NCBI GenBank assembly: GCA_020346185.1
Contig: CP070775.1
Span: 3,247,688-3,311,687, forward strand
From: Betaproteobacteria bacterium
GTDB lineage: Bacteria > Pseudomonadota > Gammaproteobacteria > Burkholderiales > Eutrophovitaceae
Reading direction: 5' to 3'
DNA: 64,000 bases
How positions within the stretch are numbered: position 1 is the stretch's first letter; each line of letters begins with the position of its first letter. Under the pieces are notes generated by a model that worked only from the letters and a program-made list of their open reading frames with translations, searched no databases and was not told the DNA's origin. Made by a program: the position numbers and the translations under genes. Shown in pieces: positions 57,570 through 64,000 of this stretch.

Positions 57570-57947
57570 CTACCTGACGAGCACTGCCTCGATTTCGATC
57601 AGTGCCCCCTTAGGCAATTGCGATACTTCCAGGGCGGAACGCGCCGGATAGGGTTCACTAAGGTAATCAGCCATGATCTCGTTGAGCTTGGCGAAATCCC
57701 CGAGGTCCGCAAAAAAGACGATGAGCTTGACAGCATTGTCAAGCCTGCAGCCGGCAGCAGCGGCAACCGCACGCAGATTGGAGAACACCTGGTGTGCCTG
57801 CGCGTCGAAGCCATCGACCAACTCCATGGTCTTGGGATCGAGCCCGATTTGGCCCGACAGATACAGTACGCCGCCTGCCTCTATCGCCTGTGAATAAGTA
57901 CCGATCGCTTGCGGTGCGTCGCTAGTATGAATTGGGTGCTTGGTCAC
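57570..57947 (-). CDS. ridA: RidA/YjgF-family reactive-intermediate deaminase
   Basis: 125 aa; APQAIGTYSQAI...ARSALEVSQLPKGALIEIEA, typical of YjgF/TdcF. Confidence 0.85.
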   Translation of the reverse strand: MTKHPIHTSDAPQAIGTYSQAIEAGGVLYLSGQIGLDPKTMELVDGFDAQAHQVFSNLRAVAAAAGCRLDNAVKLIVFFADLGDFAKLNEIMADYLSEPYPARSALEVSQLPKGALIEIEAVLVR

Positions 57948-58162
57948 GAAGAACTCCCCGGTATAGAATGCTGCGCTACAGCATGCGAAAAATCGTAATG
58001 TAGCCGCGATCTGCAGCAGACGCGAACAACATCAACTGCCCTTCCTACTCATCTTCGATCATAACCGATGGCTCTCACTGCAGCGCGCCACCTGGGATGG
58101 ATAGCACTATAGCCTGTCATTTGGTCGCCTTATTCTTTGCCGATCGATTGGTCTCGGGCTAG

Positions 58163-60049
58163 ATGAATACCTCCGGCAGCGACACGGCGAAACAAGGTAC
58201 TTTCGCACTTTCTATTGCCGCCATCGGTGTCGTCTTCGGCGACATTGGCACCAGCCCGCTGTACACCATGCGCGAGGCGTTCAGCCCCCGATATGGACTG
58301 GCGCCTTCTACCGAAAACGTACTCGGCGTATTGTCCCTGATCTTCTGGGCGCTGATGATTGTGGTAACAACCAAGTACGTTTTTTTCATGATGCGCGCCA
58401 ACAACCGCGGCGAAGGCGGCATGATGGCTTTGCTCGCGCTGGTATTGCGAGCGACCAAACGCGGTTCGGCCAAGCGGCTGTTATTGATTTCGCTCGGTTT
58501 GTTCGGCGCCTCGATGTTCTACGGCGACGGCATGATCACACCGGCGATTTCAGTCATCTCGGCAGTTGAAGGCTTGGGTGTTGCCGCTCCCGCCCTGCAG
58601 CCGTTTGTGATCCCGTTAACAATTGTCATTGTTATTCTGCTGTTTTCCTTACAGCAGAAGGGCACAGCAAGCGTCGGCGCTTTGTTTGGTCCCGTCACCG
58701 TCGTCTGGTTCGGCGTCATAGGGTTACTGGGCGCACTGAGCATTGTCCAGAACCCGGGGATCTTTGCTGCATTCAGTCCAACCTATGCCGTTCAGTTCTT
58801 TGTTGACAACCGGTTCGCCGCGTTTTTGGCGATGGGAGCGGTGGTACTGGCCGTCACCGGCACCGAAGGCATCTACACGGACATGGGGCACTTCGGCAAG
58901 AAACCGATCCGTATCGCCTGGAGCTTCTGGGTACTGCCAGCGCTTTTGTTGAATTATTTCGGCCAGGGCGCATTGATTTTGCGCGACCCGGCCGCACTAG
59001 AGCACCCGTTTTATCGCCTCGCGCCGGAATGGGCTTTGTATCCGCTAATCGGTCTGGCTACGGCAGCAACGGTCATTGCCTCGCAGGCGGTGATTTCCGG
59101 CACCTACTCGCTGACGCGCCAGGCAATACAGCTCGGCTACTGCCCCCGGATGGACATCCGTCACACCTCGGAGAGCGAGATCGGGCAGATCTACATGCCG
59201 TGGATCAACTGGTCACTGCTGGCCGCGGTCATTATCCTCGTGGTTGGATTCGGCTCGTCGAGTAAACTCGCCAGTGCCTATGGTGTCGCCGTAACTGGCA
59301 TGATGGCAATCGATACCATTCTCGCATTCGTGGTCGTCACCACCCTGTGGAACTGGTCGAAGTGGATCGCCGCACCTCTGGCGATCGCGTTTCTTTGCAT
59401 CGACCTAACTTTCTTCAGCGCCAATACAGTCAAGCTGGTACACGGCGGCTGGTTCCCGATTTTGGTCGCGCTAGTGCTGTTTACCGTGTTCACCACCTGG
59501 TACCGCGGCCGACAGATTCTGATGCATCAACTTGCGCCCGGCGCAATAGGTGTCGAGCCATTCGTGCAAAGCATCATGCAGCATCCCCCGACCCGCGTAC
59601 CTGGAACCGCCGTGTTTCTCACCACGGCAACCGAAGGAGTGCCGCACGCGCTACTGCACAATCTGAATCACAACAAAGTGCTGCACGAACGAATCGTGCT
59701 GTTGACAGTGTTGACGGAAGAAGTCCCGCATGTATCTGACAAAGATCGCGTCGAATTAATGCCGATGTCTGGTGACTTCTTCCGTATCGTCGTGAAATAT
59801 GGCTTCAAGGACCAGCCAGATGTACCGGCTGCACTCGAACTCGCCGCTGAGCAGGGATTGGAATTCAACATGATGGAGACATCTTTCTTCCTGTCTCGCC
59901 AAACACTCGTTCCAAAACTTGGCAAGGACATGGCCTTGTGGCGCGAGAAACTGTTTGCTGTCATGTCGCGAAATGCTTCGAGTGCCACTGGCTTCTTCAA
60001 TATTCCGGCTAATCGCGTCGTTGAGCTTGGCACGCGAGTAGAGCTGTAA
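58163..60049 (+). CDS. kup: KUP-family potassium uptake protein
   Basis: 628 aa; GVVFGDIGTSPLY signature, 12 TM segments, cytoplasmic C-terminal domain. Confidence 0.95.
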   Translation: MNTSGSDTAKQGTFALSIAAIGVVFGDIGTSPLYTMREAFSPRYGLAPSTENVLGVLSLIFWALMIVVTTKYVFFMMRANNRGEGGMMALLALVLRATKRGSAKRLLLISLGLFGASMFYGDGMITPAISVISAVEGLGVAAPALQPFVIPLTIVIVILLFSLQQKGTASVGALFGPVTVVWFGVIGLLGALSIVQNPGIFAAFSPTYAVQFFVDNRFAAFLAMGAVVLAVTGTEGIYTDMGHFGKKPIRIAWSFWVLPALLLNYFGQGALILRDPAALEHPFYRLAPEWALYPLIGLATAATVIASQAVISGTYSLTRQAIQLGYCPRMDIRHTSESEIGQIYMPWINWSLLAAVIILVVGFGSSSKLASAYGVAVTGMMAIDTILAFVVVTTLWNWSKWIAAPLAIAFLCIDLTFFSANTVKLVHGGWFPILVALVLFTVFTTWYRGRQILMHQLAPGAIGVEPFVQSIMQHPPTRVPGTAVFLTTATEGVPHALLHNLNHNKVLHERIVLLTVLTEEVPHVSDKDRVELMPMSGDFFRIVVKYGFKDQPDVPAALELAAEQGLEFNMMETSFFLSRQTLVPKLGKDMALWREKLFAVMSRNASSATGFFNIPANRVVELGTRVEL

Positions 60050-60305
60050 TTCCTGGAAAACCCGCTTTAGATCCAAACCGTCGAGAAACCACTCGCTTCG
60101 GGCAAGCACGGCACCTCGCCTGGAATGCGCGCGAAGCCGGGGCCCACATCGTTGGCAACGCAGTGTGGCTCGTCTCGCCTCCTACTTGATCTAGTTCAAA
60201 TGCTGCGATCGGCTACCGGCCGAAAATGGTTGTTTTCGCAATACGCGCAGTGAGCGTGTATAGCAGCATCCATTTTTCAAGTTCATAGTTTGGGAGAAAT
60301 CGCTA

Positions 60306-61508
60306 ATGGCGTCACGCAACTCCACTGGACCTTCGAGCACCACTACCGAAAAACAGAAGAAACCTTCCCGGAAACAAAATGTCTCGAGCCGCGGCAATTC
60401 CGAGCGAACACGTCGCGTCAACGGGGGCGATACGGCACGAACCTTGACACCACGAGGAGTCGAGGGCTTCGTGGTTTCCGAGGCCGTGAGTTCGCGGCAG
60501 CAAGCAAAGACAGTAGCGGCGAGAGACATCGTGGAACACGCGAGCAAAGGCGACATGCCCGGACTGGTGGGCTCGCTGTCGGCGATCATGGAGGGCGCAT
60601 CACCCGACGATGCAGGTGCGCTGCGCGCGGCGCTACTCGAGGGGCTCGGTTCGGCGGACGCGCGCCTGCCGCGCAGCCCTGACGACGAACTGGCTTCCGG
60701 CTGGCGCGAGGGAGGTTATCCGTACAAGAACCTCATGACGCGCAAGAACTACGAGAAGCAGAAATACAAGCTGCAGGTTGAGCTTCTCAAGTTGCAAGCG
60801 TGGGCAAAGAAGACCGGCCAGAAAGTGGTCATCTTGTTCGAGGGCCGCGACGCGGCTGGTAAGGGCGGCACGATAAAGCGCTTCATGGAGCATCTCAATC
60901 CTCGCGGTGCAAATGTCGTCGCGCTGGAAAAACCCAACGAAGTCGAACGTGGCCAATGGTATTTCCAGCGTTACATACAACATCTACCGACCACCGGTGA
61001 GATCACGCTGTTCGACCGCTCCTGGTACAACCGTGCTGGCGTCGAGCGTGTTATGGGGTTTTGCACGCAACATGAGTACGAGGAATTCATGCGCCAGGCC
61101 CCCGAGTTCGAGCGTAATCTGGTGCGCAGTGGCGTACACCTGATCAAGTTCTGGTTTTCGGTCAGCCGCAAGGAGCAACGACGCCGCTTCAAGGAACGCA
61201 AGGTGCACCCGTTGAAGCAGTGGAAGTTATCACCAGTAGACCTGGCTTCGCTCGACAAATGGGACGACTACACCAAGGCCAAGGAAGCAATGTTCTTCTA
61301 CACCGACACCGCGGACGCGCCATGGACCGTAATCAAGTCGGATTGCAAGAAACGCGCGCGCCTGAATGCTATGCGATTCATTCTGCACAAGCTGCCATAC
61401 GACAACAAGAATATCGAAGCCATCGGAGCAATGGATCCGTTACTCGTCGGACGTGCTCATGTAGTTTATGAGCGTGGGGAGCGACAGAGTGGAACGCCGA
61501 TCCTCTAA
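60306..61508 (+). CDS. ppk2: Polyphosphate kinase 2 with extended N-terminus
   Basis: PPK2 core from ~residue 130 (YPYKNLMTRKNYEKQK; Walker A FEGRDAAGKGG; lid FDRSWYNRAGVERVMGF). ATG 60306 is preceded by GGGAGA. Confidence 0.85.
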   Translation: MASRNSTGPSSTTTEKQKKPSRKQNVSSRGNSERTRRVNGGDTARTLTPRGVEGFVVSEAVSSRQQAKTVAARDIVEHASKGDMPGLVGSLSAIMEGASPDDAGALRAALLEGLGSADARLPRSPDDELASGWREGGYPYKNLMTRKNYEKQKYKLQVELLKLQAWAKKTGQKVVILFEGRDAAGKGGTIKRFMEHLNPRGANVVALEKPNEVERGQWYFQRYIQHLPTTGEITLFDRSWYNRAGVERVMGFCTQHEYEEFMRQAPEFERNLVRSGVHLIKFWFSVSRKEQRRRFKERKVHPLKQWKLSPVDLASLDKWDDYTKAKEAMFFYTDTADAPWTVIKSDCKKRARLNAMRFILHKLPYDNKNIEAIGAMDPLLVGRAHVVYERGERQSGTPIL

Positions 61509-61597
61509 CGGGTTGAATCAGGGAGGGAATTTAGCTTATCAACTGCTCCCCAGCCTGCCAGGCGCGGCTCGAACCGCGCATCCTGTATTCTTTAACG

Positions 61598-62959
61598 ATG
61601 CTTCGTTTGATTGGCAACGCACTGAACTCGCTACGCGACCTGCTGGTCACCGCCCTGCCGTTTATATTGCTCGGAACAACGTTGTTGGTCGGCGCATACT
61701 TTCTGCTGCAGCCGGCGCCGCCGAAGCGCATCGTACTCGCCACCGGCCCGGAGCAAAGTGCCCTCGCCGAATTCGGCGAGCGCTATGCCACCGAACTGGC
61801 GCGACACGGCGTCGAGGTCGAGTTGCTGACCACGCGCGGCTCCCTAGACAACTTGCTGGCTCTGGGTGACGCCAGTCAAGATGTTGATGTCGGATTCGTT
61901 CAAGGGGGCTCCAGCGACTACGCACGTACCCTCGACGAAGAAGAAGCCGACGTTCCCCTGGTTTCACTCGGAAGCATGTTCTTCGAGCCGGTGTGGCTTT
62001 TCTATCGGGATGGCGCAGCGCGAGGTCTGCCGCAGGCGGCATTGGCGGAGTTAGCCCAGCGCGAGCGCTGGCGTATCAGCTTCGGCGCGGAAGGCAGCGG
62101 AACCCCCGGCCTGATGAGAAAAGTGTTGGCTGCCAACCGAATCAGTATCGACGAGTTGCAGCCGGCGAAACTCGAACTCACGCCGGCCGTGGTCGGCCTG
62201 CTTGGCGGGGAACTGGACGCGCTTGCTTTCGTTTCCGCTCCCGAATCGCAAATGGTGCAGATGCTGCTGCAAACGCCTGGTGTCAAACTGCTGGAGTTTG
62301 TCCAGGCGGAAGCCTACTCGCGTCGATTCCCTTTTCTGAGCTCGGTGATCTTGCCGCGCGGCGTCGCCGACCTCGAGCGCAATGTCCCAACACACGATAT
62401 TCCGCTGATTGCGCCCATTACCTCACTGGTAGCGCGCAAAGACACCCATCCGGCACTGATTCAATTGTTGGTACAGGCAGCAAGCCGCATCCACAGCAGC
62501 CCCGGCTGGATTGCGCGAGCCGGACAATTTCCCACTTCACAAGCTGCCGAGTTCCCGCTCGCACCCGAAGCCGAACGTTTTTACCTCAACGGTCCGCCAT
62601 TCCTGCAACGCTACTTGCCGTTTTGGCTCGCCAACCTGATCGACCGCATGTGGGTGGTGCTTTTTTCCATTGTCGCTGTAATGATTCCGCTCTCGCGGGT
62701 GGTGCCGCCACTTGTCGAGTTTCGCTTTCGTCGCCGCGTCTTTCGCTGGTACCGGCAACTACGCGACATCGAGACGCGTCTGGAAATGGGCGAGACGCCA
62801 GCGGCAACATTACTGGAGGAGCTAGCAAGCCTCGAGATCAGAATTGCACACATTGCTGTACCGCTGTCATACACCGACGCACTCTACAACCTGCGATCGC
62901 ACATTTCTCTGGTCAGGAGGCGAATCAGGGCAATGCCGCGAACAAGAGCTGGGCACTAG
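61598..62959 (+). CDS. Membrane-anchored TAXI-like (TRAP-associated) solute-binding protein
   Basis: 453 aa. N-terminal TM helix, then a ~300-aa periplasmic domain with a TAXI-like pattern (LATGPEQSA...TTRGSLDNLLAL...VDVGFVQGG). A further TM segment (MWVVLFSIVAVMIPL) and an Arg-rich helical tail follow. Family call is from pattern memory only. Confidence 0.5.
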   Translation: MLRLIGNALNSLRDLLVTALPFILLGTTLLVGAYFLLQPAPPKRIVLATGPEQSALAEFGERYATELARHGVEVELLTTRGSLDNLLALGDASQDVDVGFVQGGSSDYARTLDEEEADVPLVSLGSMFFEPVWLFYRDGAARGLPQAALAELAQRERWRISFGAEGSGTPGLMRKVLAANRISIDELQPAKLELTPAVVGLLGGELDALAFVSAPESQMVQMLLQTPGVKLLEFVQAEAYSRRFPFLSSVILPRGVADLERNVPTHDIPLIAPITSLVARKDTHPALIQLLVQAASRIHSSPGWIARAGQFPTSQAAEFPLAPEAERFYLNGPPFLQRYLPFWLANLIDRMWVVLFSIVAVMIPLSRVVPPLVEFRFRRRVFRWYRQLRDIETRLEMGETPAATLLEELASLEIRIAHIAVPLSYTDALYNLRSHISLVRRRIRAMPRTRAGH

Positions 62960-63049
62960 CCTACCAGCGAGGGGTATTTCACCCTACCCAATGGGGCATT
63001 TTCATACGTTCGCGACGCGACGGCATTGGCGCCAGCTCTTATTCATCGT

Positions 63050-64000
63050 CTATCCCAGGGCTTTCAAAAGCGAACTGGCTTCTACAAGGTCGGTACTATC
63101 AAAGCCTTCCTCGAATTGGCTGAACAGGGGCACGAGAAGTTCACGTGCTTTCTCACGTTTACCCTGCTCGAGCCACAATTGGGCTTGAGCGTTGGCAGCT
63201 CGCAATTCGAACAACAATGCGCCCTGGCCAGCGGCAATTTGGAGCGCGCGTTGATAGCTAGCTTCGGCTTCAGTCTGATAATCGGCCCTTGCGAGACTGC
63301 GTTTAACGTTTCCGGCAAGACGATGCAACTCACCTTCAAAGAAGTAACCTCGCTTCGGACCACATACTTTTAAGGCTTCACTTATCAGCGCTTCACTTTG
63401 CTCGTGTTCGCCAATGCGGGTATGTATTTCTGCTGACAATCCGAGAAAAAACGCATAACCGATCATCGCGCCGGTCTGCTTGAACACGTTCATGCTTGCG
63501 CGCAACCGCTCCAGATCTGGCATCCGATCTCCGATTTCCGCATCGGCCCACTCACGGATGACGCTGGCGCTGGCCTGACGGTAGGCAAGGCCGACTCGCT
63601 CTGAGGAAAACGCAGCTTGTTCGGCGTGCTCACGAGCTGCTTCGAAATCTCGCTGATACGCAAGCAGCGTCGCTGCATCGATGTGCGCCTGGGATTCCGA
63701 GTACCAGTTTGGAGCACCACGTACGCACTCAAAGGCTTCGCGGTGTCGTCTGCGCGCTTGGTCGACCTTTCCCTGCAGCAGAAGCGACTTGGCGATCCAG
63801 AACAGACAGGCAACCGTTGGGTCTTCAAAAAGCGTTGCGCCCAACTCCGTATGCTTCATTGGGTCGGCGTGTCGCAATGCCTCGGAAGCATATTGAATTG
63901 CATTGTCTAAGCAACCCTGATGAAAAGTCGAACAGGCCATGAGTTCACTCGATTCGACTACCGGCTCGGGATCAGCTGGCTTTGGCAAAATCAGATGTCG
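63050..64000 (-). CDS. C-terminal TPR-like region of a large AAA-ATPase/TPR signalling protein (partial; continues past the window end)
   Basis: The frame is open to position 64000 and the listed TTG is not a real start. The C-terminus LFELRAANAQAQLWLEQGKREKARELLVPLFSQFEEGFDSTDLVEASSLLKAL is typical of predicted-ATPase/TPR proteins often fused to cyclase or HTH domains. Confidence 0.55.
   Translation of the reverse strand, partial: RHLILPKPADPEPVVESSELMACSTFHQGCLDNAIQYASEALRHADPMKHTELGATLFEDPTVACLFWIAKSLLLQGKVDQARRRHREAFECVRGAPNWYSESQAHIDAATLLAYQRDFEAAREHAEQAAFSSERVGLAYRQASASVIREWADAEIGDRMPDLERLRASMNVFKQTGAMIGYAFFLGLSAEIHTRIGEHEQSEALISEALKVCGPKRGYFFEGELHRLAGNVKRSLARADYQTEAEASYQRALQIAAGQGALLFELRAANAQAQLWLEQGKREKARELLVPLFSQFEEGFDSTDLVEASSLLKALG

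Overview
This 64-kb window reads as ordinary, gene-dense core chromosome of a GC-rich beta/gamma-type proteobacterium. I call about 54 protein genes, and nearly all are recognisable housekeeping functions. In order they are: dsbA, a SPOR-domain protein, argS, priA, hemE, gltD-gltB, a dGTPase-like HD hydrolase, aroB-aroK, pilQPONM divergent from mrcA (PBP1A), a 208-aa hypothetical, hemB, engB divergent from cytochrome c4, hemL-thiE-thiD, rubredoxin, gloA, rsmA-surA-lptD divergent from amgK-murU-paiB, pepP-ubiH, dusB-fis-purH-purD-hemF, livFGMH-livK, cytochrome c551, a YyaL/DUF255 thioredoxin-domain protein, ubiD, ubiA, recG, ridA, kup, ppk2, a membrane-anchored TAXI-like binding protein, and the C-terminal part of a large ATPase/TPR signalling protein that runs off the right edge. 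I found no rRNA or tRNA genes, no transposases, integrases or phage genes, no CRISPR array and no defence-island-like cluster. I therefore cannot support a novel multi-gene system here. The most interesting signal is non-coding. In the ~500-bp hemF/livF spacer, a core-perfect sigma-54 promoter (TGGCACG-N4-TTGC) sits about 110 nt upstream of a strong orphan rho-independent terminator. The structured ~125-nt unit between them exposes a CUUUCUCCU anti-Shine-Dalgarno-like loop, making it a candidate RpoN-dependent small RNA. Secondary observations include an out-of-frame thiD/thiE overlap of at least 20 nt just downstream of a U8 run, where loss of one U would fuse the two enzymes, and an orphan TAXI-type binding protein with no TRAP permease nearby. 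They also include an uncharacterised 208-aa protein and several unusual operon-junction structures. All functional calls come from reading the translated ORFs for motifs and synteny. No database search was run.
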